From a virus: a stretch of 64,000 nucleotides of DNA. Under the pieces are notes generated by a model, which saw only the letters and a program-made list of their open reading frames with translations, was not told where the DNA came from and did not search any database. The stretch's first letter is position 1. Each line of letters opens with the position of its first letter. The translations under genes were made by a program, and so were the position numbers. Positions 15,593 through 27,525 of this stretch are shown piece by piece. The stretch is taken from the IMG/VR virus record IMGVR_UViG_3300017917_003379, one strand, 5' to 3'.

Positions 15593-16758
15593 GTTTTAAG
15601 ATAAAAGAAAATTTAAGTGCTATAGTTGCTTCTACTTCAAAGCAATCTATTGCTCTTCCTACTTCTATTTCTCAAATAGGGAAAGTATATGGAGTTATAA
15701 TAGATGAAACTTCTGTTCCTAAAGAATTATTTGATAGAAGTGGAGGATTCAGTGGAATAGGCACTATATTTTATCTTGATTATAATCAATCAAAAAATAC
15801 AATTAATGTTGATTTAAATATATGTAAAACAGCTAAACCCTTCTATTCAGATAATCAAAATTATCCATTAATAGGAGAATTAGTATACATAATAGATGGT
15901 CCTAATCCGGCTAGTCAAATTCAAAGCAATCAAACTCAAAAATATTATTTAGGTACTGTTAATGTTTGGAATAATAATCAACAAAATTCACTTACATCTA
16001 ATCCCTTAGGAAAAACATTTACTGAAAATGCTGATATAAGAAATTTATTAAGTTTTGAAGGAGATAGAATTTATCAAGGAAGAAAAGGTAATGGTATTAG
16101 ATTTGGTAGTACTGTAAAGTCTAAATCTAATAAAAATGAATGGAGTAGTGTAGGCAATGATGGTGATCCTATAACTATACTAGTAAATGGATATGTTACT
16201 ATTAATACAGGTTCATTAGCTCCAAATATTGAAGAGATAAATAAAGAGATGTCTTCTATATATATGACATCTACTCAAATGATTCCTTTATTACCTGATA
16301 GAAATAATACTTTAAATCCCTTAACTCAACCTTTATTACCTAATAAATACATTTTTCCTCAAATTATAGTAAATAGTGATAGAATAACTCTTAATTCTAA
16401 GAAAGATGAAGTAATGATATTTGCTAAAACTAATGTTGAGGTAAATACAAATAATATAATAAATTTAAATGCTGGGGGAAGAGTACATTTGAATACTCCT
16501 ATAATATGGTTAGGAACTAAAAAAAATAATACTCAACCAACAGAACCATTAATATTAGGAAACCAATTAAAAGATTTACTTAATCAATTATTTGAAGTAT
16601 TAGAAGCATTAGGAAATGATTTATCTTCTGTAGTAGTACCACCTCAAGGTTCTCCTTTAGTAGGAGTTAATATTGCTGGGTCTCGCGCTGTTAGTAAACT
16701 TCAAGAAATACATAGAAAAATTGAAAATATTACTTCTAAAAATAACTTTACTGTGTAA
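15589..16758 (+). CDS. Baseplate hub/spike protein (gp5/VgrG-like)
   Basis: YPLIGELV OB-like segment, FEGD..QGRxGNxIRFGS, beta-helix-like NSDRITLNSK stretch; upstream of gp25-like gene. Confidence 0.55.
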   Translation: MSFKIKENLSAIVASTSKQSIALPTSISQIGKVYGVIIDETSVPKELFDRSGGFSGIGTIFYLDYNQSKNTINVDLNICKTAKPFYSDNQNYPLIGELVYIIDGPNPASQIQSNQTQKYYLGTVNVWNNNQQNSLTSNPLGKTFTENADIRNLLSFEGDRIYQGRKGNGIRFGSTVKSKSNKNEWSSVGNDGDPITILVNGYVTINTGSLAPNIEEINKEMSSIYMTSTQMIPLLPDRNNTLNPLTQPLLPNKYIFPQIIVNSDRITLNSKKDEVMIFAKTNVEVNTNNIINLNAGGRVHLNTPIIWLGTKKNNTQPTEPLILGNQLKDLLNQLFEVLEALGNDLSSVVVPPQGSPLVGVNIAGSRAVSKLQEIHRKIENITSKNNFTV

Positions 16759-17963
16759 TGGCTAAGATATCCAACATATCATCTTTAATTTCTCCAAATT
16801 TAGTAAATTCAGCTAAAAATAATTTACCTAATAAACCATCAACATCAGTAACTACTTCTGTTGTTTCTAATAAAAGCCAACTAGAAAAACAATTAAGAGA
16901 TTTAAACCAACAAGCAAATAAAGTTAATAAAGAGTATGATAATTTAATAAAAAAAACTCAAGAAGATCCTAATTTATCTCAAGAAGAAAAAAATCAACAG
17001 ATAAATAATTTACAACAACAACGACAAAACGAACTAAATGTAATACAAAAAAATATTGCTGATGTTAATGGAAAATTATCTAAAACTAATGTAGATCCTT
17101 TAAAATCAGCTAAAGAAGAAGAAACCAAAATTAATAAAAGAATTAGAAATAGTATTTCTAAATCTAAAAAAGGACAAAGACGAGCCAGTTTAAATAGACT
17201 AAAACAAATTCAAAAGTCTATACCTAATCTTGTTGCTGCTCAATTAACTAATGTTTTTATTAGATTAGTTGAACAAAATGGTAAATTACAAGATTTGGTT
17301 GATAGAACTAATGAAGTTATAGATAATGCTACTACACCTGAACAAATAAGTAATGCTATTGTTTTAAGAAATAATGCTTTAACTATTCTTACTAATCAAG
17401 AACAAAGAATATTAACTATAAGACAAACATTAGATAGACTACAAAGAATAATTCAAATATTTACTTTAATAATAAGAATTATTGAAAGGATTTTAAGATT
17501 GCCTTCACCTATTCCTATACCACCCCCAATAAAAATAACACTCCAACCTGTTCTTCAAAGATTATTAAAAATATTAGAAGCATTAAATATAGTATTAAAT
17601 ATAGCTATTCCTATTTTAGATTCTATATTAATAGATATTGAAGATTTAAAATCACAATTACGTGACATTAATAATAGATTAGATGACAATGCAGCTAATA
17701 ATTTACTTAATCTTAACACAGATATATTAGGTAATAATTCATTTGGATCAAATCAATTCCCTCCATATAAAGGGTTTAGATTTGCTTTAAAAGAAGAAAA
17801 TAATCCTAAATTTGTAATAAGAGGTAATAAACGTCATTTTGCTGTAGCTATTAATACTGATAATGTAGAAATATTAAAAAGTGAACCTTCTTTTACATTA
17901 GATCCAAATGATTTGATAGAACAATTAAAGTTAATAATAGATCAACAAAATTTACAAAGTTAA
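16758..17963 (+). CDS. Coiled-coil structural-module protein
   Basis: ORF track; long heptad stretches. Confidence 0.65.
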   Translation: MAKISNISSLISPNLVNSAKNNLPNKPSTSVTTSVVSNKSQLEKQLRDLNQQANKVNKEYDNLIKKTQEDPNLSQEEKNQQINNLQQQRQNELNVIQKNIADVNGKLSKTNVDPLKSAKEEETKINKRIRNSISKSKKGQRRASLNRLKQIQKSIPNLVAAQLTNVFIRLVEQNGKLQDLVDRTNEVIDNATTPEQISNAIVLRNNALTILTNQEQRILTIRQTLDRLQRIIQIFTLIIRIIERILRLPSPIPIPPPIKITLQPVLQRLLKILEALNIVLNIAIPILDSILIDIEDLKSQLRDINNRLDDNAANNLLNLNTDILGNNSFGSNQFPPYKGFRFALKEENNPKFVIRGNKRHFAVAINTDNVEILKSEPSFTLDPNDLIEQLKLIIDQQNLQS

Positions 17964-17975
17964 ATATTTATATAT

Positions 17976-18329
17976 ATGAAAGTAGATACATTTAAAAGAT
18001 TAATTAAAGAAGCAGTATCTGAAGCTGTTCGTGAAGAATTACAAGAAATTCTATCACAATCTTCAATTCCTTCTCCTTTAAAAGAAATGAAAACTATTAA
18101 TTTTACTAGTAATGATATAACAAACACTAATGATATTCGTGCGCAACTGCGAGCACAAATGGGAGAAGCATTTGGGTATTCACAACAAACCGCACCTAGT
18201 AGTTTAAAAGTAATAGATGCTGTTGACCCATCAACTGGTGAAAAAGTTAATCCTTATTTAGCCTTTATAAACGACGCAGCACGTAATATGACTGCTCAAG
18301 ATAGATCAGGGTTAAGACAATTAGATTAA
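17976..18329 (+). CDS. Hypothetical protein with family-B-like leader
   Basis: MKVDTFKRLIKEAVSEAVREE. Confidence 0.65.
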   Translation: MKVDTFKRLIKEAVSEAVREELQEILSQSSIPSPLKEMKTINFTSNDITNTNDIRAQLRAQMGEAFGYSQQTAPSSLKVIDAVDPSTGEKVNPYLAFINDAARNMTAQDRSGLRQLD

Positions 18330-18330
18330 T

Positions 18331-18753
18331 ATGCCTATACCTCAAACCATACGTGTTAATCCTTTAGATTTACAAGGTAATATAGCCATTGGAGTGTCTT
18401 TACCTTTTAATGGTCCTTCAGGGCCGTTTAATAGTACTTATAGTACTAAAGACCAAATTAAATCTAATCTAATTAATCTTTTACTTACTAATAAAGGTGA
18501 AAGAATAATGAATCCTGAATTTGGATGTGATTTAAAAACAGTATTGTTTGAAGGTATAGTAGAAGATATTTCTGAAACAATTGAAAATTTAATTCGTTTT
18601 AATGTGTCTATATTTGTACCTGAAGTGATAATTACAGATATAATAATAGATACTTCTCCTAATTACAATAATGCAAATACTATTTCTATAACTATTAATT
18701 ATAGATTAAGAATATCACAAGATGCAGATCAAATAACAGTACAATTTATATAA
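18331..18753 (+). CDS. gp25: Baseplate wedge protein gp25-like
   Basis: IKSNLINLLLTNKGERIMNPEFGCDLKTVLFE. Confidence 0.9.
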   Translation: MPIPQTIRVNPLDLQGNIAIGVSLPFNGPSGPFNSTYSTKDQIKSNLINLLLTNKGERIMNPEFGCDLKTVLFEGIVEDISETIENLIRFNVSIFVPEVIITDIIIDTSPNYNNANTISITINYRLRISQDADQITVQFI

Positions 18754-18754
18754 A

Positions 18755-20575
18755 ATGGCAGATAATAATATTTCATATTTAAATAAAACATTTCCTGAGT
18801 TTAAAACAAACTTAATAAATTACGCTAAAACCTACTTCCCTACAGCGTATAACGACTTTTCAGAATCTACCCCAGGAGGTTTATTTATTGAAATGGCATC
18901 TTATGTAGGAGATGTTATGTCATTTTATTTAGATACTCAAATACAAGAGAATTTTTTATTATACGCTAAGGAAAGAGAAAATCTATTTGCTTTATCTTAT
19001 GCATTAGGGTACCGTCCAAAAGTATCTTATGCTTCAAGTACAGATATTGATCTATACCAATTAATTCCTACAACAGGATCCGGAGGTACTCTTCAACCTG
19101 ATTTTAATTATGCTTTAATAGTACCTGAAAATACTTCTCTTACTTCAAATTCTAACGGAACTAAATTTATAACAACAACTAAAGTTGATTTTAGAGATAC
19201 AGGAAGTATGGAAATTAGTTTTGTAGATGAAAATTATTTTCTACTTAGAAAAACAACAAAAGCAATATCAGCTGAAATCAGATCTACAACTTTAACTTTT
19301 TCTACTCCTGAAAAATTCTCAATAGCTACTATTACTGATACAAATATTTTACAAATATTAGACGCTACTGATTCTCAAGGTAATACATGGTATGAAGTAC
19401 CTTATTTAGCTCAATCTGTTATATTTGATAAAGTAGCTAATCCTTCATCTGGTAGTGATGGGGTACCTTTCCTAATGCAATTAAAACGTGTACCTCGCCG
19501 TTTTGTATCTCGCTTTCTATCAGATAATAGTTTACAATTTGAATTTGGAGCAGGAGTATCTAATAAATCTGATAACACAATATTGCCAAACCCAGATAAT
19601 ATTCGTTTAGGATTAGTACCAGGTATTTCTAATCTATATAATAATTTTAATGCTGCTTCAGTATTTTATACTCAAGAATATGGTTTAGCACCAAGTACTA
19701 ATATAACTGTTAGATATCTTGTTGGTGGTGGTATAACATCAAATGTTGCTTCAAACACAATTACTACAATAGATAAATCAACTTCTTATTTCCCTAGTGG
19801 AGTTGTTGGAGCATTAGCTGATAATATTAAAGCAAGTTTAGTTTCTAATAATCCTTCTGTTGCTTCTGGTGGTAGAAATGGAGATCAAGTTGAAGAAATA
19901 CGTAATAATGCTTTATATGCTTATCAATCTCAATTACGAGCTGTAACTAGAGAAGACTATATGGTAAGAGCATTGTCTTTACCTTCTGATTTTGGTTCTA
20001 TAGCTAAAGTATATGTTACACAAGATGTAGCTCAAGAAATGATTCCTACTTCTACAGTATCTACCACTGAAGGTCGCAATCCTTTGTCTTTAGATATGTA
20101 TATTTTAGCATACGACAATAATAAAAATCTAACTGCTGCTTCTAATACATTGAAATCTAATTTAGCAACCTACCTTAATCAATTTAGAATGGTTACGGAT
20201 GCTATCAATATTAAAGATGCATTTTACATTAATATTGGAGTTAATTTTGATGTTGTAGTAGCTAATGGATATAACAATAATGATGTTATAACTAATTGTA
20301 TTTTAGCCTTAAAAAATCATTTCAACATAGATCAATGGAACATTAATGAACCTATTATACTTTCAGACATCACTTCTTTATTATTACAAGTAAAAGGAGT
20401 ACAAAATGTTATTAAAGTTGAAATTGTAAATAAACAAGGAGGAAATTATTCACAATATGCTTATGATATACCGGGAGCTACAAGACAAGGTAATATATAT
20501 CCTTCATTAGATCCTAGTATATTTGAAGTAAGATTTCCTGATATTGATATTCAAGGTAGAGTTGTACCTTATTAA
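18755..20575 (+). CDS. gp6: Baseplate wedge protein gp6-like
   Basis: YLNKTFPEFK...YNDFSESTPG...YVGDVMSFYLD; SQLRAVTREDY. Confidence 0.85.
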   Translation: MADNNISYLNKTFPEFKTNLINYAKTYFPTAYNDFSESTPGGLFIEMASYVGDVMSFYLDTQIQENFLLYAKERENLFALSYALGYRPKVSYASSTDIDLYQLIPTTGSGGTLQPDFNYALIVPENTSLTSNSNGTKFITTTKVDFRDTGSMEISFVDENYFLLRKTTKAISAEIRSTTLTFSTPEKFSIATITDTNILQILDATDSQGNTWYEVPYLAQSVIFDKVANPSSGSDGVPFLMQLKRVPRRFVSRFLSDNSLQFEFGAGVSNKSDNTILPNPDNIRLGLVPGISNLYNNFNAASVFYTQEYGLAPSTNITVRYLVGGGITSNVASNTITTIDKSTSYFPSGVVGALADNIKASLVSNNPSVASGGRNGDQVEEIRNNALYAYQSQLRAVTREDYMVRALSLPSDFGSIAKVYVTQDVAQEMIPTSTVSTTEGRNPLSLDMYILAYDNNKNLTAASNTLKSNLATYLNQFRMVTDAINIKDAFYINIGVNFDVVVANGYNNNDVITNCILALKNHFNIDQWNINEPIILSDITSLLLQVKGVQNVIKVEIVNKQGGNYSQYAYDIPGATRQGNIYPSLDPSIFEVRFPDIDIQGRVVPY

Positions 20576-20642
20576 AATAATAATATTTAGTTGGTTTAAA
20601 AAATAATAATTTACCATATTTATATATAGTAATTATATAATT

Positions 20643-21746
20643 ATGGCTATTTATAAAATATTTCCTGAAAAAAGTGCTACACTTTATTCTTACTATCCAA
20701 CATTAAATGCTGGTTTGGATGAGATTCTAGAACTTAGTACTTATGAATCTATTACTAGTACAAATGAAGTATCTCGTCCTATTATTAAATTCCCAACAGA
20801 TGAAATAAATAATATAATTACTAATAAAATAGGTACTGCTAGCTTTGATGTTTATTTGAAATTATATTTAGCTAATGCTTCTGAATTACCTTTAAATTAT
20901 ACTATATATTCTCATCCTTTAGCATCAGATTGGAATGTAGGTACAGGAAGATTAGCTAATTCACCTATTACAGAAAACGGAGTTAGTTGGGAATTCAAAG
21001 ATGAAGTAAGCGGAAGTGTATGGTTTTTAGCTAATTCATTCCCTGCTGGGACTACTGGTTCATATAGTAATAGTATAGGTGGTGGTTTATGGTGGACTGG
21101 ATCTCAATACACAGCAACTCAATCTTTTACTTTAAAATCATCAAAAGATATTGAATTAAAAGTAACAAATGTTGTCAAAGATTGGAATAGTGGATCTATT
21201 TCAAATTATGGTTTTATTATAAAACATGATGAAACTATAGAATTCACCACAGCTTCTAAATTTGAAACTAAATATTTTTCAGGAAACACACATACTATAT
21301 ACCCACCTGCTCTTGAAATTAGATGGAATGATTTTTCATACAATCCTGGTACTCAAACAGCCATTGATTCCGATTTATATGTAGCTAGCTTAGGTAATAA
21401 TAAAAATACATTTCAACAAGACTCAGTACAACGTTTTAGAGTAAAGTTAAGACAAAAATTTCCACCAAGAACTTTTTCTCTTTCTTCATTTACTTATTCT
21501 TTAACTAATTATGTATTTCCTACTTCTTCATACTGGTCTATAAAAGATTTGGATACTGAAGAAATTGTCGTAGATTACGACACTACATATACTAAAATTA
21601 GTTGTGATTCAAACGGTAGTTATTTTGATGTATATATGAATGGATTAGAACCTGAACGTTATTATAAACTATTATTTAAAACAATATTAAATAATGGTGA
21701 AACAATAGTGTTTGATGAAAATTACTACTTTAAAGTTATAAGATAA
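20643..21746 (+). CDS. Virion structural protein (beta-rich)
   Basis: Position in baseplate module; NYGFIIK...P.LEIRW pattern. Confidence 0.6.
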   Translation: MAIYKIFPEKSATLYSYYPTLNAGLDEILELSTYESITSTNEVSRPIIKFPTDEINNIITNKIGTASFDVYLKLYLANASELPLNYTIYSHPLASDWNVGTGRLANSPITENGVSWEFKDEVSGSVWFLANSFPAGTTGSYSNSIGGGLWWTGSQYTATQSFTLKSSKDIELKVTNVVKDWNSGSISNYGFIIKHDETIEFTTASKFETKYFSGNTHTIYPPALEIRWNDFSYNPGTQTAIDSDLYVASLGNNKNTFQQDSVQRFRVKLRQKFPPRTFSLSSFTYSLTNYVFPTSSYWSIKDLDTEEIVVDYDTTYTKISCDSNGSYFDVYMNGLEPERYYKLLFKTILNNGETIVFDENYYFKVIR

Positions 21747-22090
21747 TGTCTCAAATTCCTATACAAAAACAAGTTTTTAATAAGGATCAGTTTAGTCGAG
21801 TTATAGATACTGAATTTAGTCAACTATTAAATCAACAACCAACTGATACAACACCTGCATTTACATTAGATGATTTTTTTATATTATACGATCAGGTATT
21901 CTATCAAATTCCAAAGGAAGGAGACACTGATTCTCATAGATTTATTTTACAAAGAGAAGCAGATTATTTAGGAGTAACAATTAGTCAAGAAGATATTCAA
22001 GCTTTATTAGATGAAATTACTTCTTTAAGACAACAATTATTAGATTCACAAACATTAATTAATGAATTAACCAAAACAGTTGGACAATAA
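21746..22090 (+). CDS. Hypothetical structural-module protein
   Basis: ORF track; translationally coupled. Confidence 0.7.
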   Translation: MSQIPIQKQVFNKDQFSRVIDTEFSQLLNQQPTDTTPAFTLDDFFILYDQVFYQIPKEGDTDSHRFILQREADYLGVTISQEDIQALLDEITSLRQQLLDSQTLINELTKTVGQ

Positions 22091-25000
22091 TGGCTAATAA
22101 TATAAAAATAATAGGTAATATTATAAACACAACTACAGTTTCACGTTATTCTAGTCAAGATGCTGCTTTAATTTCTTCTAGAAATTTACAAGATAATTTT
22201 GGTGGTGAAGGAGACTATATTGAATACTTTGTATATGATATTGGAGGAAATTTATTAAACATTAATTATAGTTATCTTGATTATAAATTACCTCCAAACC
22301 AAGGATTAACTCCTGGAGTAGATACTTTACCAAATACAAACGGAAGCATTCAAACTACAGATGTAGGAGTCCAGTCAACATTAGCAACCCCAACAAGTTC
22401 TTTATATCCTATTATTGAAATAGATCCTGTAGCTGATTTACAAAACTTAGGATATTCATCTGGAGAATTTCAAGTTAGATATAATTTTTTCCAAAATAAG
22501 ATTTCTAATTATTTTAATCAAGATTTATTTGTTAAAGAAATATCTCCAAATAGAACTGAAGTAAGATTAGCTTCTACTACATTAACAAATGAACAAATTA
22601 AAAGTGGATCTTTAGATTTAATAGATAAACTTAATAATTCTGATTATTATGTAGATTATATATTAAACTTTGGAAATAATGAACAATATATAGCAGTAAA
22701 TGTTGCTTTAGATGAAAATCCTAATGGGTTTGAAATATTATTTAAATTATATCAACCTTTACCTTTATCTGTACAAGAAAAACAAACACTATGGGTTACT
22801 GAAGAAATAGTTAACCCGTATGTTTTTGATATTAATTTAGACAAATTAATTACTCCACCTCCTCCTCCAACTTTAAGAGGACCCAATTTTAATATTCCTG
22901 TTGAAAATCAAGGAACCATATCTACTTCATATAGTAATTATTCTAATTTAATATCTAGCATTCAATCTTTACAAAGTTCATCATACAGTAAAATTCAAAA
23001 TTTAATGTCAACACAAAGTATTGACATAAATGTAGATTATACTGATTTTAACAATTTTGTATTTTTTGGATCTGCTTATCAACGTGTAGTTAATTTTTAT
23101 AATAAAGTTAAACAAATTGAAGACTACAATAATTTTATTACAACTTATGCCCCATATGTAGCTACAACAGCAAGTTTACAAACCACAATCAACCAATATT
23201 CAGCAAGTATTGTTAATGTTATTACTCAATTTGATGGGTATGAATATTATTTATATTTTGAATCTAGCTCATATGCTTGGCCTAAAATAAATTCAAATAA
23301 ACCCTTTATATTATTATCTACAGGATCTGTTCAAACTTGGTATAATAATTTAACTGCTTCTGCTAAGACATATGATTTAAATAATTATGATAATTTAGAA
23401 TTTGCTGTTCCTAACTTTATACGAGATGATGAAAATAACCAACCTTTCTTATTGTTTTTGAATATGGTTGGTCAATATTTTGACAATATTTGGATTTATT
23501 TAAAATCTATCACTGATATTAATTTAGCAAATAATAATTTAGATTATGGGATATCTAAAGATTTAGTATATCAACAATTACAATCATTGGGTGTTAAATT
23601 ATATAATTCCCAAGCAGGAGACAGTGTAGCAAATTATTTAATTGGAGCTAATACTGGTAGTAGCATATGGGATAATGATTTTACTATTACTGGTAGTTAT
23701 TTGAATAATATTCCACGTAAAGATTTAGTAGCTGAATTATATAAGCGTATTTACCACAATTTACCTTTATTGTTAAAAACTAAAGGTACTGTTGCTGGTT
23801 TAAATTACTTAATGACTATATTTGGTATTCCTAATCAAACATATTATGTTATTACTAGTGGATCTATTACTCAATCTTATTATACCCCAACTGGTAGTAA
23901 TTTTACATCTAGTATACTAAATGTTAAAGAATTTGGAGGCTCACTTAAATCAGAACTAATTAAAGGATATAATAATAATAAAGTAAGAATTGTATCCAAT
24001 ACTATAACAGGTAGTGTATTGTCTTCTGAATTAAGCTTACAAACATATCCTACTACATCTGCTACTTTTAGAGATGATGATTTACATTATGTAGATATAT
24101 CTTTTAGTCCACAAACTCAAATTGACACTTACATATCCGGAGCTATTGCTTCTAATAATTCAACTTGGAGTTTAGATGATTTTATTGGAGACCCAAGACA
24201 ACAATATAGTGCTTCTTACCCGGATTTAGATAACCAACGTAAATTATATTTCCAAACAGGCACTCCAGGATATCCCGGATTTACAGGATCTCTTTTAGAT
24301 TATAATGGATTTATTAGACTAATTGAGTATTTTGATAATTCATTATTCAAAATGTTAAATGATTTTGTTCCTGAAAGAACAAGTTTATCTACTGGTGTTA
24401 CTATTAATTCACCTGTACTTGAAAGGAATAAAACCGTTTACTCTGTACCTAATGTTACTAACCAACAGATATATGAAGCTAATTATCAAACATCTTCCAT
24501 AACAGCTCAATATGGCCCACTATATGAAGATCTACAAGGAGATAAAAAACCTTTCTTTACAGGTGAATTGAGTGGTAGTGTGGTTGATGTAAATCAATAT
24601 TTTGAAGATAATTATAATCAATATCTTGGAGATTGGAATGTGTGGAATTTACAACATACTATTAGTGAAAGTATTGATTTAAATAAATTTTTACATTCTG
24701 ATTGGAATGTATTATTAAATAATGTTTCTTCTAGTGTTAAATCGCAATTTAGAAATAATATAGAATATACTGGTAATTTTTTGCCAACAACTAGTCTTAC
24801 ATATCCTGCTGAATTGCAAGATTCATATTTAACATTACGTTCATATAATACTTCTCGTTATGAAGGTTCCAAATTAACTAGTTTAACATATAATATTTAC
24901 ACTAGTGGATCTTATACAGGATCAAATGGTATTTCTATACAAAATGGAGATAAATCATATGGTAAAACAGCCGTTATTGATCGCCAGTCATATAAGATAG

Positions 25001-27525
25001 GATGGGTAAAAAATATACCATCTCAAAGTTTAAATTTCTTTGATAAAACACAAATACAATTAAAATATTTAGTTGATAGTAATCTAAACATTACAGATTT
25101 AACATTAAAGAATAATAATTTATTTGAAATACAAAACACATTTAAATCAGGAGATAACGTAGTATTATCATTATCAGATACTACTAAACCTTCATTTCAA
25201 AAACCACTTGATGGTACTAAAACCATTTTTAGAGGAGGATATTCATATGATCCTATATTATACAGGGAACAAAAAGAACCATTATATATTAGATTAAATA
25301 ATACTATATCTACTACTAATTACCTTGGGTATAAAGCTACTGCTACTGATTTTTATTCTTACCAAAATTATGGAGCCGCTATAGGAAATATGGCAGGAGG
25401 ACCATATCCTATATCAAATCCCCCTGCTGATTTAGGAAATCCTCGTTTCAATAATAACCCTCTATCTTCTCTATCAGGATTTGGGTATATTTTTCTTAAA
25501 AATTACGGTGGGCGAACACAAGCTTCTCAAGGATCTTTATTAACAACCCCAATGGTTAATGAAGTATTAGACCCTACTGGGTTTTCAAATTTATATTCTA
25601 CTTTAGCAAATCAACCTCAAACGTCTTTTCCTGATATATCTTGGACGGGCCCTATAGCTCAAGGTTATTATGACCATCAATCTGGGGATAGAAGAGTATA
25701 TGTTTTTGATTTGTCAAACTCAAATAGTTCAACATATATTTCTTTTAACAATTCTAATCTTAACAATGGATTTGTTAATGGATATACATTAGATAATTTC
25801 ACAGACAGAAACCAATACCTATTCAAAGCCCAAACCCCAGGAACATATACTATATCAGGTAATATTCCATTCTTTATGAGATTATCATATGTTAAATGGT
25901 TTCGTTTTAGAAGAGGTATTTTTGCTACTTCAAATGTTCCTGATCCTTTTCATTTATTTGGAGCTAAATTTAAAATAGTTGCTGTAGTTGAAAAAAGTAA
26001 CAATCCTACTTCTCCTAATTCTTGGATATATGTAGCTAGTACTAGAATACAAAACGCTTATGTACCTGGAGGTGGATTTACATATAATGCAAACAATAAT
26101 GAGTTTAAAATAAACAGTGGATTAGGAGGTGGAGCATGGGATTCAGATTCTACAGACGGGGGAGAAAATGCTGGACTTAGTAGTAGTAATAATTATCTTT
26201 ATAGAATAGCGTTTAATCTTAAATTTAAAAATGATAATATTTCTTCTTCTACTCCTGACGAAATAAATGTAACTTTAGCAGCAGGAGAAGTTCTCAGACT
26301 TAGATTATATTTTTATGATGTTGATGCTTTTTTTACTTGGGGAAGAGATGCAAGTTTTGACATAGGAAAACCAAATACACGTACATCTCTAACTATTCCT
26401 CCTTTCCCATCAGTTACTGGCTTTACTTCTGCTGAAATAGATTATTTAAATGATGCTGTTTTTGCTATAGAAGAAAGAAGCATTCCTATTGTAAACTATA
26501 GTAATATTGTTGAATATAATAATGATAATGTATTTACAGGAACTGGAAATAATGAAATATTATTCACTCCAACAATATCTTCATATATTGTTTCTGGTTC
26601 AATTTTTACTCCTTCTTCATTAATAGGGACAAATAATTACTATTCTCCTATAGTAGATAATTTAACTATTCAATCACAAGATTTAATTCGAATAGGATCT
26701 ATTAATGACCCTACTCCTAGTTATTATACTGTTAAAAATGTTGAAGAATATTATGCATTAGAAAATGGATCTTCTTTTACAGGAAATGTAGCTTTTGCTA
26801 GTTCATATGATTTTAATGTATCTACTATTCCTACTCAATATCGCTCATTAGGAAGAAGAAGTGTAATATGGTTTCCTAATAATATTGTGGGTAATAATGG
26901 TTCTTCACAAAATAATGCTTTATCTGATTACTTTAATCTTATATATAATTCAACCGATATTAATGGGGCTAAAAAAATTACAATAGGTAATATGCAGAAC
27001 AGAAATGGAATTTCTCCTTCTACTGTTTTTACTATAAAAGATATAATAACATGTAGAGTAGTTTTTTTTGACTCTTCCCTTTCTAAACTATATCCAATGA
27101 CTTTTGTAATATTATCTGATGATCTTACTGTACCAACAAATCAACGTGCTTTTAACACTGATTATAATGATTGGGTTATAAGTAGCAATACCATTGCTCC
27201 AAGTTTATCTACACCTTATACTAATACTAACCCTACTCCAACTTTTTTCCCACAAATAACATCAGAATTATATATTAAAGCTACATTAGATAAAGATGTA
27301 TCTGGAACAGCTTTACTTCCTTTATCTCAAATAAGTCAAAATTTTGCTATATTACGTCCCAAACCAGATGAAACTTCTATAATAATAGAATATTCAAAAC
27401 AGCTTGGAGATGTATCACAAACAATATTAATACCTCAAGATGCTAATGATGAAATAAAAAATAATATAGGTAAAATATTCCAAAGCTTAAATGTCGATTT
27501 GTCTAACCAAAATATTACTCAATAA
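22090..27525 (+). CDS. Large baseplate/tail protein (1811 aa)
   Basis: FLNMVGQYFDNIWIY and HNLPLLLKTKGT..GL...MTIFGIP wedge-like motifs; divergent beta-rich C-terminal half. Confidence 0.6.
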   Translation: MANNIKIIGNIINTTTVSRYSSQDAALISSRNLQDNFGGEGDYIEYFVYDIGGNLLNINYSYLDYKLPPNQGLTPGVDTLPNTNGSIQTTDVGVQSTLATPTSSLYPIIEIDPVADLQNLGYSSGEFQVRYNFFQNKISNYFNQDLFVKEISPNRTEVRLASTTLTNEQIKSGSLDLIDKLNNSDYYVDYILNFGNNEQYIAVNVALDENPNGFEILFKLYQPLPLSVQEKQTLWVTEEIVNPYVFDINLDKLITPPPPPTLRGPNFNIPVENQGTISTSYSNYSNLISSIQSLQSSSYSKIQNLMSTQSIDINVDYTDFNNFVFFGSAYQRVVNFYNKVKQIEDYNNFITTYAPYVATTASLQTTINQYSASIVNVITQFDGYEYYLYFESSSYAWPKINSNKPFILLSTGSVQTWYNNLTASAKTYDLNNYDNLEFAVPNFIRDDENNQPFLLFLNMVGQYFDNIWIYLKSITDINLANNNLDYGISKDLVYQQLQSLGVKLYNSQAGDSVANYLIGANTGSSIWDNDFTITGSYLNNIPRKDLVAELYKRIYHNLPLLLKTKGTVAGLNYLMTIFGIPNQTYYVITSGSITQSYYTPTGSNFTSSILNVKEFGGSLKSELIKGYNNNKVRIVSNTITGSVLSSELSLQTYPTTSATFRDDDLHYVDISFSPQTQIDTYISGAIASNNSTWSLDDFIGDPRQQYSASYPDLDNQRKLYFQTGTPGYPGFTGSLLDYNGFIRLIEYFDNSLFKMLNDFVPERTSLSTGVTINSPVLERNKTVYSVPNVTNQQIYEANYQTSSITAQYGPLYEDLQGDKKPFFTGELSGSVVDVNQYFEDNYNQYLGDWNVWNLQHTISESIDLNKFLHSDWNVLLNNVSSSVKSQFRNNIEYTGNFLPTTSLTYPAELQDSYLTLRSYNTSRYEGSKLTSLTYNIYTSGSYTGSNGISIQNGDKSYGKTAVIDRQSYKIGWVKNIPSQSLNFFDKTQIQLKYLVDSNLNITDLTLKNNNLFEIQNTFKSGDNVVLSLSDTTKPSFQKPLDGTKTIFRGGYSYDPILYREQKEPLYIRLNNTISTTNYLGYKATATDFYSYQNYGAAIGNMAGGPYPISNPPADLGNPRFNNNPLSSLSGFGYIFLKNYGGRTQASQGSLLTTPMVNEVLDPTGFSNLYSTLANQPQTSFPDISWTGPIAQGYYDHQSGDRRVYVFDLSNSNSSTYISFNNSNLNNGFVNGYTLDNFTDRNQYLFKAQTPGTYTISGNIPFFMRLSYVKWFRFRRGIFATSNVPDPFHLFGAKFKIVAVVEKSNNPTSPNSWIYVASTRIQNAYVPGGGFTYNANNNEFKINSGLGGGAWDSDSTDGGENAGLSSSNNYLYRIAFNLKFKNDNISSSTPDEINVTLAAGEVLRLRLYFYDVDAFFTWGRDASFDIGKPNTRTSLTIPPFPSVTGFTSAEIDYLNDAVFAIEERSIPIVNYSNIVEYNNDNVFTGTGNNEILFTPTISSYIVSGSIFTPSSLIGTNNYYSPIVDNLTIQSQDLIRIGSINDPTPSYYTVKNVEEYYALENGSSFTGNVAFASSYDFNVSTIPTQYRSLGRRSVIWFPNNIVGNNGSSQNNALSDYFNLIYNSTDINGAKKITIGNMQNRNGISPSTVFTIKDIITCRVVFFDSSLSKLYPMTFVILSDDLTVPTNQRAFNTDYNDWVISSNTIAPSLSTPYTNTNPTPTFFPQITSELYIKATLDKDVSGTALLPLSQISQNFAILRPKPDETSIIIEYSKQLGDVSQTILIPQDANDEIKNNIGKIFQSLNVDLSNQNITQ